Assembly (NCBI GenBank): GCA_014381855.1 | Contig: JACNKV010000084.1 | Location: 22,341 to 86,340, forward strand | Source of the DNA: Fidelibacterota bacterium | Lineage (GTDB): Bacteria; Fidelibacterota; Marinisomatia; Marinisomatales; JACNKV01 | DNA: 64,000 nt | Reading direction: 5' to 3' | In this document: piece by piece, positions 1 through 8,773 of the stretch | Numbering within the stretch: the first letter of the stretch is position 1 | Layout of the letters: every line of letters begins with the position of its first letter | The notes under the pieces: model-generated | Seen by the model: the letters and a program-made list of their open reading frames with translations, nothing else | Told to the model about the DNA's origin: nothing | Database searches by the model: none | Made by a program: the position numbers and the translations under genes

Positions 1-1785
1 TTGTTCTAACTCATTAGAAGTTGTTTTTTCAAAATGGGTCATATCAAATCGGAGATAATCATCGGTAACCAATGAACCTGCCTGATGAATATGTTCTCCT
101 AAAACCTCACGCAAAGCAGCTTGGAGTAAATGGGTTGCCGTATGATTCAGGCGGATGGCATTTCGACGGCTTTCATCCACGTGGCAATGAATAAAATCAT
201 CTTTAGATGGCGGTGTAAAATCTCCTGTGCAGATATGGATAAATGTATCGCCGTCTTTTTGGGTATCATTGACAACCAAATCAATATTTTCTCCCGTCAT
301 AACGCCTGTATCCCCTACTTGCCCACCCGATTCCACATAAAATGGAGTTTTGTCCAATACAACGTAAATTTGATCTTTCTCCTTCACATATTTTCGAATG
401 ACCGATTGCGATTCCAGTGTTTCATATCCAACAAATTCAGAGTCAGTTCCATCTGTAACGTCAATCCATGTGTATGATGATGTGTCTCTTTTAAATTTAC
501 CTGCTGTTTTCGCACGTTCTTTTTGCTTACTCATCTCCCGGACAAATCCGGTTTCGTCTACAGTCAGTCCCCCTTCTTTCGCCATCAGCTGTGTAAGATC
601 TAACGGGAAACCATATGTATCGTAAAGACGAAAAGCTTCTTCTCCGGATATAACATTTCCATCCAGTTTTTTTATCATCCTATCAAAATGTGTTAATCCT
701 CGATCTAAAGTTTCATTAAACGATGTTTCTTCAGCTTTAACTACATTTTGGATATGAGATTGTTTGTCCTTTACTTCAGGATAAATACCTCCAAATATTT
801 CGCCGACGGAATCCACAAGTTTATATAAAAATGGTTCATGCATTCCCAGCATTCGACCGAATCTCGACGCCCTCCTCAAAATTCGACGTAATACATACCC
901 ACGCCCCTCATTAGAGGGCATGGCCCCATCTCCAATGGCCATCGTTAACATTCGGATGTGATCAGCAATGACTCGATGCGGGACAGGATTTTTCTCTACT
1001 GACGAGTTTGCAAGTGTCTCTATTTTCCGGATAACGGGCATAAATAAATCGGTTTCATAATTGTTTTTTTTATTCTGTAAAACCGTAACAATTCTTTCCA
1101 ATCCTGCCCCGGTATCAACATGCGTTGACGGAAGGTTATTCAGCGTTCCTTTTTCATCTCTGAAATACTGAATAAATACCAAATTCCAGAGTTCCCAGTA
1201 TTCATCAGAAGCATTCACACCATCCGGAGTTTGTTCATCCGGATTGTCGCCAATGTAATAATGAATTTCCGAACACGGTCCGCATGGTCCTGTCTCACCC
1301 ATTTCCCAAAAATTATCTTTATCTCCAAATCTCAGCACGCGATCCGGAGAAATATCCGTTACTTTTGTCCACAATTCAAATGCGTCATCGTCACCTTTAT
1401 ACACGGTAGCCCAGAGACGATTTTTGTCTAACTTCCACACATCGGTCAAGAGTTCCCATGCCCAAGCAATGGCTTCTTTTTTGTAATAATCACCAAATGA
1501 CCAATTCCCAAGCATCTCAAAATATGTATGGTGAAATGTATCTACTCCGACTTCTTCCAAATCGTTGTGTTTTCCACTGACTCGAATACATTTTTGGCTG
1601 TTAACGGCACGGGTGGAACCCGGTTTTTTCTCACCCAAAAAAATCGGTTTGAACTGATTCATCCCTGCATTGATAAACAATAATGTCGGGTCATCCAGAG
1701 GGACGACAGATGAACTGCGAATGAATTGGTGGTTTTTCTTCTCGAAAAACTCGATAAATGTCTGTCTGATTTGTTTGCTATTCAT
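1..1785 (-). CDS. alaS: Alanyl-tRNA synthetase, partial (C-terminal end beyond window start)
   Basis: Reverse-strand translation from 1785 reads MNSKQIRQTFIEFFEKKNHQFIRSSSVVPLDDPTLLFINAGMNQFKPIFLGEKKPG, then VSGKHNDLEEVG..HHTYFEMLGNWSFGDYYKKEAI; class II AlaRS hallmarks. Confidence 0.96.
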   Translation of the reverse strand, partial: MNSKQIRQTFIEFFEKKNHQFIRSSSVVPLDDPTLLFINAGMNQFKPIFLGEKKPGSTRAVNSQKCIRVSGKHNDLEEVGVDTFHHTYFEMLGNWSFGDYYKKEAIAWAWELLTDVWKLDKNRLWATVYKGDDDAFELWTKVTDISPDRVLRFGDKDNFWEMGETGPCGPCSEIHYYIGDNPDEQTPDGVNASDEYWELWNLVFIQYFRDEKGTLNNLPSTHVDTGAGLERIVTVLQNKKNNYETDLFMPVIRKIETLANSSVEKNPVPHRVIADHIRMLTMAIGDGAMPSNEGRGYVLRRILRRASRFGRMLGMHEPFLYKLVDSVGEIFGGIYPEVKDKQSHIQNVVKAEETSFNETLDRGLTHFDRMIKKLDGNVISGEEAFRLYDTYGFPLDLTQLMAKEGGLTVDETGFVREMSKQKERAKTAGKFKRDTSSYTWIDVTDGTDSEFVGYETLESQSVIRKYVKEKDQIYVVLDKTPFYVESGGQVGDTGVMTGENIDLVVNDTQKDGDTFIHICTGDFTPPSKDDFIHCHVDESRRNAIRLNHTATHLLQAALREVLGEHIHQAGSLVTDDYLRFDMTHFEKTTSNELEQ

Positions 1786-1792
1786 ATTTGCT

Positions 1793-3334
1793 CTATAAAT
1801 TGAAGCTTGTTTCTATTCCGGTGATATTCACTGGCTTCAATTTCCCTTCACTGTCTAATTTAAATGTTCGCTGAAAGACATAATTTAACATCATTCCACT
1901 ACCAAGTTCTAATCCTATGCGATATCCCATAATCGTACTTTCAGAAAACTCAAAATCAAAAGGATTCGGAACATTTCTCTGCTCGTAAAAAAGCGCAGCG
2001 TGTTTCAATTTACTAATTCCTTTATTTAGTGCCAGGGAGGAGAAAAAGTTCTGAGTAGATTCATCCACAAACTCATAGGATTCGCTATCCCACATTTCAC
2101 CCTTCAAGTTTTGATACGAGGTCTTCCATTGGACAATTCCGCCAAGATTGACGATTGCCTGAGCAAACAATCCTTTTTGCGGTCCAAACCGGCCTAAATA
2201 TCTTTCTTTTGTTGATATCGCAACAGATTCATCCCCGGTAACTACCAACGCAGCACGTTCGAGTTCGTAGGTGCGATTCCAATAACCAAACTCAAAATTC
2301 CCTTTGGGTTTCATCCGATATTCAACATTAATACGAAACGGTCCGAACCGGCCGGAGATGCCCAGTGGGATGATTCCGCTACCAAGAGAGACGGTGCTAT
2401 CCGTAGACGGATCAACTGTTTCACCGATGAGTTTGGCTGCCTGAGCATAGATTGACAATGACATGTTTTTTTCGGCAATCACGGGATATCCGATATCCAC
2501 AGATAATGCTGCCATGGGATCGGAGTCTTTCAACACATTGAGCGGCTCAGACTTACGTTCAATGTCGGTGTCAAGCACCATACTTGTATCCGCCGTCCAA
2601 CCTGGGATGTCACTATCCAAGGTATCTGTAATTCCGTCGCCATCAATATCCCACTCCAGCGGATTACTGTCTGCAATGCCATCGTTGTCTGTATCTAACC
2701 ACCACATATTATCGTCGGGAAAATCATCAACCATATCCGGTCGTCCGTCCCCGTCTCTGTCTTTTAACCCAAGATACTGATTCCGATCTACTACCGCAGA
2801 AATGCCAATCGGAATCCCTGCAAATACCGGAGTTTGAACACGCAGACCGGCAATACCGATATTTTCTTTGAAATCGTTAACGAAACCCTGCAAAGAATAG
2901 TGGCTTTTTTTCAAACGAATGTCCAGTCCAATCTTTCGAACCTGAGGATATTCGATGGCATTTGAATAATTGTTTACAAGAATTCCATACCCTAACTTCA
3001 CACGATCTAAAGCCCCTACCCGAAAATAGAGCGGGTCTTTCTTGAACCCGAAACGGATATAATAAATTTTATCAATAAGCGTATTTTTAATTGCCGTACC
3101 ATTTGAAAAATCCCATTCGTCTTCGTGGATATTTCCGTCAGCGTCAATATAGAACACTAAATCCAGCGCCACGCCGAACTTCCAAATAGGAACTGTCGGA
3201 CGCAACGCAATCTGGTTCCATATTTTTCCATCGATGGTAACAGCACCAAATGCCCCCTGTACAGACCGTTTTTCTTGAGCAAAACCGGAACTTGCCAAAA
3301 TGCTTAACAGTATGAATATGATAGATTTTCTCAT
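1793..3334 (-). CDS. Predicted outer-membrane beta-barrel protein with embedded DxDxDG (thrombospondin type 3-like) calcium-binding repeats
   Basis: ORF 513 aa; N-terminal signal peptide MRKSIIFILLSILASSGFAQ; alternating-strand-like sequence; GLKDRDGDGRPDMVDD..LDTDNDGIADSNPLEWDIDGDGITDTLDSD. Confidence 0.6.
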   Translation of the reverse strand: MRKSIIFILLSILASSGFAQEKRSVQGAFGAVTIDGKIWNQIALRPTVPIWKFGVALDLVFYIDADGNIHEDEWDFSNGTAIKNTLIDKIYYIRFGFKKDPLYFRVGALDRVKLGYGILVNNYSNAIEYPQVRKIGLDIRLKKSHYSLQGFVNDFKENIGIAGLRVQTPVFAGIPIGISAVVDRNQYLGLKDRDGDGRPDMVDDFPDDNMWWLDTDNDGIADSNPLEWDIDGDGITDTLDSDIPGWTADTSMVLDTDIERKSEPLNVLKDSDPMAALSVDIGYPVIAEKNMSLSIYAQAAKLIGETVDPSTDSTVSLGSGIIPLGISGRFGPFRINVEYRMKPKGNFEFGYWNRTYELERAALVVTGDESVAISTKERYLGRFGPQKGLFAQAIVNLGGIVQWKTSYQNLKGEMWDSESYEFVDESTQNFFSSLALNKGISKLKHAALFYEQRNVPNPFDFEFSESTIMGYRIGLELGSGMMLNYVFQRTFKLDSEGKLKPVNITGIETSFNL

Positions 3335-3356
3335 AATTTCCCTTAATAACGTTCTG

Positions 3357-3387
3357 AAAAATTACCTACCTTCCTCGTCGGTATCAA
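3357..3387 (-). promoter_or_regulatory. Candidate promoter of TTG-N20-TAATTTTT form upstream of the outer-membrane protein gene
   Basis: Minus strand TTG at 3387-3385, 20 nt, TAATTTTT at 3364-3357; resembles Bacteroidetes TTG/TAnnTTTG pattern. Confidence 0.35.
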
Positions 3388-3560
3388 TGGTTTATTCAAG
3401 ATGTTTTCATTTTCTGACTTGAATCATTCATCCCGTGGATTACTCTAAAATGAGGCTCATCGCTAAAACCCATACCCGATGGATAGACGGTTTGGTGGAC
3501 TGCCTACCTGTCGATTGGACAGGTGCCGGCATGGTCGGTCGGCACACTCCATATTTGAAC

Positions 3561-4853
3561 TTATGGATAAAGAAGAAACTTATTCCGAAACTCACTAAAC
3601 CTGAGAATATCGTACCCCCACAAAGGAGAGAGTTCATCTGCTCCACGTCCCTGTGCGACCATTGTCCGCAAAAGCGAACTTCCGAACAGTTTATCTATAT
3701 AATCATATTTTTCCCACTGAAATTCCCTCGGATACAAATGGTGAATCGTAAAAATAATTGCCGCCGCCGTTCGAATAGGTTCAAATTTATATTTATCCGT
3801 TATACGAATCTCCACACCACTACATTCTTCTCCGACATATCGCGGAACCACATCTAAATCAGCGTGAATTTTCGGAATAAAACGAATGGAAGTAAAACGA
3901 ACACCCGGTAATTCCAGTTGTGTCAGGTGCTCTGCAAGATACGTCCCGGAAATCCATGGGGCACCGGCAATTTTATAGCGTTTGTGCGTTCCTTGTCCTA
4001 TGCTGATATTCGTTCCCTTCATCAAAGTTGAACCGGTGTACGTTAATATAGTTTCAACATCATTTAGGTCAGGTGCCGGATGGTTCCAGTTTTCATTTTC
4101 ATCATCCATCCACATTGCTCTAGACCAATTCGCAAGTGGGATTACAGTCAAATCTGCCCGTACCAAATCTTTAATCCAGCCTGTTTCATTCACCATTACG
4201 GCGTATTCTCCGATGGTGAGTCCATGCCGAATGGGCACTAAATGGTACGCCTCGAACGATTGGTATTCCAATCGTGGAATCGGTCCGCTCATGGTCAATC
4301 CTCCCAGAGGATTTGGTCTGTCCAGCACCATCACCGGGATTCCCCATTCACCGGCAGCTTCCATCACTTTTGTCACCGTCGTTATATACGTGGAATATCG
4401 CACACCGGTGTCCTGAATATCTACTAAAACAAGGTCAATTTCATTCATTGCCCAACTTGGTGGTTTTACATAGCGACCGAAGGTATCTATCAGTTTTGCA
4501 CCTGTCACAGGTTCACGTCCTTCTTCCCCGGATAATATTACCTTCCCATCATCCGGGAGGGTTAATCCATGCTCAGGTAAAAAGACATACCGAACATTAA
4601 TGTTGTGTTTGTCCAAAATATCAAGAAGATGATTCCCCCGGTGATTCACGGAAGTTTGATTGCAAACAACGCCGATGGTACGGTCTTTGAGAGAACGGCA
4701 ATCCATTTGTTCTAACACATCCAATCCAGTAAAAATCTGCGGAACAAACGACAAATCAGGGATGCCCATGATTTTACTATACTTAAAGTTCTGTGGCAAT
4801 AAAATCGAGCCGGTGACGAACAGCGTGATGAATATCCGGTAAATATTACGCAT
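3561..4853 (-). CDS. DUF1343 family protein (YbbC/NamZ-like exo-beta-N-acetylmuramidase)
   Basis: TGLDVLEQ..LKDRTIGVVCNQTSVN..VRYVFLPEHGL..VLVDIQDTGVRYSTYI..MVLDRPNPLGG..QSFEAYHLVPIRHGLTIGE; recognised family motifs. Confidence 0.85.
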   Translation of the reverse strand: MRNIYRIFITLFVTGSILLPQNFKYSKIMGIPDLSFVPQIFTGLDVLEQMDCRSLKDRTIGVVCNQTSVNHRGNHLLDILDKHNINVRYVFLPEHGLTLPDDGKVILSGEEGREPVTGAKLIDTFGRYVKPPSWAMNEIDLVLVDIQDTGVRYSTYITTVTKVMEAAGEWGIPVMVLDRPNPLGGLTMSGPIPRLEYQSFEAYHLVPIRHGLTIGEYAVMVNETGWIKDLVRADLTVIPLANWSRAMWMDDENENWNHPAPDLNDVETILTYTGSTLMKGTNISIGQGTHKRYKIAGAPWISGTYLAEHLTQLELPGVRFTSIRFIPKIHADLDVVPRYVGEECSGVEIRITDKYKFEPIRTAAAIIFTIHHLYPREFQWEKYDYIDKLFGSSLLRTMVAQGRGADELSPLWGYDILRFSEFRNKFLLYP

Positions 4854-6243
4854 TCAGGGAATTCGTTACTTTATTAATACTCAATGTTACGGCAAGATTT
4901 ACCGAAACTGAAATGCCGATAAACCATGTCCATGCGATGCCTACCTCCCGTAAGACCAACACCGTAATAACACTCAAAATTAATCCGATGATAAGGCTGA
5001 CGGTTGAGAAGCGTTGCTGACCGCGACTTAAGATAAATAGACTTAATAAACCGCCATACGTAAAAGAGGCAATCGTTAATCCCAGTTCAATAATTGTGGT
5101 ATCTCCTTCATCAAAAATAACGGCAATTCCCATAAGAACGATTGCCCACGCAAAGCTAACCCACCGTGAAATCTTGATGGATGGCATATTCTTAAACCAA
5201 TCTGTTACCGTTGAGGACGCCAGTGAATTAATGGAAGAGCTTAAGGTCGACATCGCCGCTGAAAGAACACCTGCAAGCAAAAGACCTTTTAACCCAATCG
5301 GTAAATGTTGGATAATGAACGTGGAAAATTCTCTATCTTTCGGTAGATCTGCTCCTCCGAAATACACCCAAATTAATGACCCGGCAAAAAGAAATACAGC
5401 AAATTGCAGGAAGACAAAAAACCCGCTCCCAATCATGGCTTTTCGGGCAGAGGACACATTCTTTGTTGCCAACACTCTTTGGACCATCATGTGGTCAGCT
5501 CCGTGTGATGCAAACGACAGGAGCATTCCTCCTATCCATGCGCTGAAGAAAATATAGGGTTCATGGAAAATATCTTTTCCAAAATGAAATATTTGAAGTT
5601 TACTCTGTTCGGAGAGAACTGAAAACGTTGAAGCAATACTACCGTCCAAATTGAGAAGGATATATCCGACGGTGATTATGCCTCCTGCTAAATACAGGAT
5701 GAACTGAAAACTATCTACCCAAATGACAGTGCGAATCCCACCACTTAATGTATAGAGCAATGTGACGCTTCCAATAATTAGGACTGCAATGGGAAGTGAC
5801 CATCCTGTCATCACCTGAACGATAACTGCCGTGGCTAAAAATCGTACTCCGTCAGCAAGAATCCGTGTAAACAGAAATAGCCCGGATGCTGTTTTTTGAA
5901 TCGGTTTGCCAAAGCGTTCTCCCAATGTCTCATAAATGGATGTAATCCCTGAACGAAAATACATTGGCAATAAGAACCAACTGACTAGAATGCGCCCAAA
6001 GATGTAGCCAATGGCTAATTGCAAAAAGAACCAATCTTTTTGATACGCTAAGCCGGGCACACTGACGAACGTGAGAACGGAGGTTTCCGTGGCGACGATT
6101 GAGAACATTGCTGTCACCCATGGCAGATCGCGACCCGCAAGAAAATACTCTCCGGTTGAGCGAGTGCGTTTCCCCTGCATAATCCCGTAAATAACGAGTC
6201 CGCCAAGAAACAAACTAATGATTGAAATATCTAATACAGACAT
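4846..6243 (-). CDS. Sodium:solute symporter family transporter
   Basis: 465 aa polytopic; STGEYFLAGRDLPWVTAMFSIVATETSVLTFVSVPG and RSTRSTGEYF-type SSS motif. Confidence 0.85.
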   Translation of the reverse strand: MSVLDISIISLFLGGLVIYGIMQGKRTRSTGEYFLAGRDLPWVTAMFSIVATETSVLTFVSVPGLAYQKDWFFLQLAIGYIFGRILVSWFLLPMYFRSGITSIYETLGERFGKPIQKTASGLFLFTRILADGVRFLATAVIVQVMTGWSLPIAVLIIGSVTLLYTLSGGIRTVIWVDSFQFILYLAGGIITVGYILLNLDGSIASTFSVLSEQSKLQIFHFGKDIFHEPYIFFSAWIGGMLLSFASHGADHMMVQRVLATKNVSSARKAMIGSGFFVFLQFAVFLFAGSLIWVYFGGADLPKDREFSTFIIQHLPIGLKGLLLAGVLSAAMSTLSSSINSLASSTVTDWFKNMPSIKISRWVSFAWAIVLMGIAVIFDEGDTTIIELGLTIASFTYGGLLSLFILSRGQQRFSTVSLIIGLILSVITVLVLREVGIAWTWFIGISVSVNLAVTLSINKVTNSLNA

Positions 6244-6444
6244 ACTTATTGGTGAGGGTTATTGGTTATTGTCATAACGTAGTGCCTGCCCGCCATTGGT
6301 TCGGAGGGCCTGCCCGTAGCAGCCTAGTAGACCCCGTGTGCATGTGTTTACATCCCGTGTTTTCTACGGGGTTTTGTATGGGGTTTTTTACGGTGGGTAT
6401 TGGTGATTTTTTTTGCGGTTTCTGTATATTTTGTTGCGATGAAG

Positions 6445-7548
6445 TCAAATGAAAATCCGTTCTGTTCTTCCATGTATAGCAGTAAGAAGTGTGTACGTAG
6501 TTTGTCCGATAGATTTTGCAATTTCTTCGACCTTTAACTGTCCGTGTATGTTATCACCAAAAAACAGGACATGCTCTCCCAATGTGGGGATGGTATCTTC
6601 AAAATCAACCATGAGCTGGTCCATACACGCACGACCAGCAATTTCGTAACGACGTCCTCTGTACAAAACGTAACCACCATCGTACCACGGACGCGGAAAT
6701 CCGTCAGCAAATCCAGTTTGAATGACACCAATATTGGTATTCTTCTGGGCACTCCAAACTCCGCCATAGCTTACCTTTGTGCCCTTTTTAACTCTTCGCA
6801 CATTCACGACAGGACCAACAAATTCCATCACGGGTTTAACAGGTACATCCTCCGGAACTTCATCGGATGGTAACGCTCCATAGATTAGCATTCCAACCCG
6901 AACGATATTAAAATATGATTCCGGGAGATTTAATATTGTACCACTGTTCGACAAATGGACATGTTTAAACGTAATTCCGTAATCTGCCGCTAAATCAACC
7001 GCCTTTTTAAATCTGTCGAGTTGATATTCTGCATAGGATAAATCTCCCTCATCGGCCGTTGCGAAATGTGAATAAATCCCCGTGCAGCGTATTTCAGGAT
7101 ATTCTTTAAGTTCTCGAAATATCTCAGGATATTCTTCGGGAGATGCTCCCAATCGCGTCATTCCGGTATCAATTTTGATATGTACTTCCGGGCTTTTGCC
7201 TATTTTTTCATGAAACGCTTTTAATTCGCGCAGATCATCGAGACAAGAGCAATTCAGAATAAAGTTTTGGTCCAGAGCCAAATGAAAATACTCTTGGTTA
7301 AGACGAGAGAAAACCAATATCTTTTGTGTTATGCCAGCATTCCGAAGCTCAACACCTTCCTCCGGAGTAAACACCGCAAACCAATTTACTCCAGCCCCTG
7401 CAAGTGCTTTCGTAACCGGGACAGCCCCATGCCCGTACGCATTGGCTTTTACCACAACCATCAATTCATGTTTTCCGATGTGTTCTTTAATGTGTTTGAG
7501 GTTTTGGAGCAACCGATCCAAATGTATAATTGCTTTTGGTCCTATCAC
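6445..7548 (-). CDS. alr: Alanine racemase
   Basis: VVVKANAYGHGAVPVTKAL (PLP Lys), HIKIDTGMTRLG, GRACMDQLMVDF; stop codon is TGA. Confidence 0.93.
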   Translation of the reverse strand: MIGPKAIIHLDRLLQNLKHIKEHIGKHELMVVVKANAYGHGAVPVTKALAGAGVNWFAVFTPEEGVELRNAGITQKILVFSRLNQEYFHLALDQNFILNCSCLDDLRELKAFHEKIGKSPEVHIKIDTGMTRLGASPEEYPEIFRELKEYPEIRCTGIYSHFATADEGDLSYAEYQLDRFKKAVDLAADYGITFKHVHLSNSGTILNLPESYFNIVRVGMLIYGALPSDEVPEDVPVKPVMEFVGPVVNVRRVKKGTKVSYGGVWSAQKNTNIGVIQTGFADGFPRPWYDGGYVLYRGRRYEIAGRACMDQLMVDFEDTIPTLGEHVLFFGDNIHGQLKVEEIAKSIGQTTYTLLTAIHGRTERIFI

Positions 7549-8027
7549 GATTTTATATTTTGACCTTTTCTATGTTGTTCTTTTAAAAATTGTTGTAACG
7601 AGGAAAAATCCTGGAATACTTTAGTGCTACATGCTTCAATCCAACTACTAAAATCTTCCTTCGGCAAGCGATTTACAAGATACACAGGAACATGATGTAA
7701 ATACGCAACCGTGACTTCACCATGTGTTCCGCCGCCTTTTAGCACAAATTCATCCCACAAACAAATAAGATAGTTTACTTCTTTCATGACCACATCCAGG
7801 TCTCGTTTTACGCATTTTCTAACGAATGAGATATATCGACCAGGATCATCTTCTTTCCATTTTCTGTAATCCTGTGAACCAGTCAATTTAACAAGTTTTT
7901 TTGACTCTACTACAGGATCCACCACATCATGGTTGAGTTCACTTTTCAGCCATAGGGTGATTTCTTTTCTCCAATCAGCACCTTCATCAACCGCCTTTTC
8001 CATCGCACCTGAAAGATAAGCAATCAT
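7545..8027 (-). CDS. Nucleoside 2-deoxyribosyltransferase-like protein
   Basis: MIAYLSGAMEKAVDEGADWRKEI..RDLDVVMKEVNYLICLWDEFVLKGGGTHGEV; overlaps alr start by 4 nt. Confidence 0.55.
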   Translation of the reverse strand: MIAYLSGAMEKAVDEGADWRKEITLWLKSELNHDVVDPVVESKKLVKLTGSQDYRKWKEDDPGRYISFVRKCVKRDLDVVMKEVNYLICLWDEFVLKGGGTHGEVTVAYLHHVPVYLVNRLPKEDFSSWIEACSTKVFQDFSSLQQFLKEQHRKGQNIKS

Positions 8028-8773
8028 TGATGGAGTTTCCTTCTCAATATTTCAGCATTCAATGGAAGCCAGATAGATATAAGCAAAAACGGAACAATGA
8101 CCGATGTCCAATCAAAAAGGTGGCTGAATATCATCATGCGCAAACCATAAATCGTCATGCCGACAGGAGAATACCGTAAAAGATATCCTAAACCAACCGG
8201 GTAATATTCAAACTCAAAAATAATTCCTGAACCAAACACAATAAAAATAAATAATGAAAATATCAGTAAAATGAATATAGAGACATGCTCTGTCAAAAGA
8301 GAAATAGTGATGATAATACATCCAATGAAATATGTAAATAAGCACAAATAAGCCAACATGACAACATAGTCCAACCACGGAAAGACAACTCCGGTGATGA
8401 CAGTTAGTACGGCTCCACCAATCATGGCAAACAGGATGGATTCAATAACTGCAGTTGTCAGGATTCCTAACGTGAGTTTAAATTTAGACACAGGAGTCAA
8501 TGTCATTGGCATAAGAGCTTTTTTGTGAATCCTCAGATCAAAAAAGTCCCGATATAGATGAGGAATTAAAGCAACGGTAGCAATGATAAATAAAATACCG
8601 GGGAATAACCAAAGTTCAATCGGTGTGTGGCGAATACTACGAATAAAAATTGCTTTAACCGGAAGCATAAGAGTTAGGTGCAACATAATCGGGAGTACAA
8701 AAGAAATACTCAGTGTCGATATTAAATGTTTCTGAATCAGCCAACCGCGACGTTTTAATAAACTTAGGATCAT
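8024..8773 (-). CDS. ABC-2-type transporter permease (membrane subunit); ORF track start 8962 shortened to MILSLLKRRG at 8773
   Basis: Hydrophobic protein; the 8773 start gives an ATGA overlap with the upstream ATPase gene. Confidence 0.65.
   Translation of the reverse strand: MILSLLKRRGWLIQKHLISTLSISFVLPIMLHLTLMLPVKAIFIRSIRHTPIELWLFPGILFIIATVALIPHLYRDFFDLRIHKKALMPMTLTPVSKFKLTLGILTTAVIESILFAMIGGAVLTVITGVVFPWLDYVVMLAYLCLFTYFIGCIIITISLLTEHVSIFILLIFSLFIFIVFGSGIIFEFEYYPVGLGYLLRYSPVGMTIYGLRMMIFSHLFDWTSVIVPFLLISIWLPLNAEILRRKLHQ

Noticed and set aside
3435-3857. 140-aa plus-strand and 68-aa minus-strand ORFs (3440..3646) over the DUF1343 3' end and spacer
   Set aside because: No family similarity recognised; overlap the intergenic hairpin and the real DUF1343 gene.
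6222-6452. 76-aa plus-strand ORF in the alr/symporter spacer
   Set aside because: Composition is that of the GC-rich palindromic spacer and no ribosome-binding context was seen.
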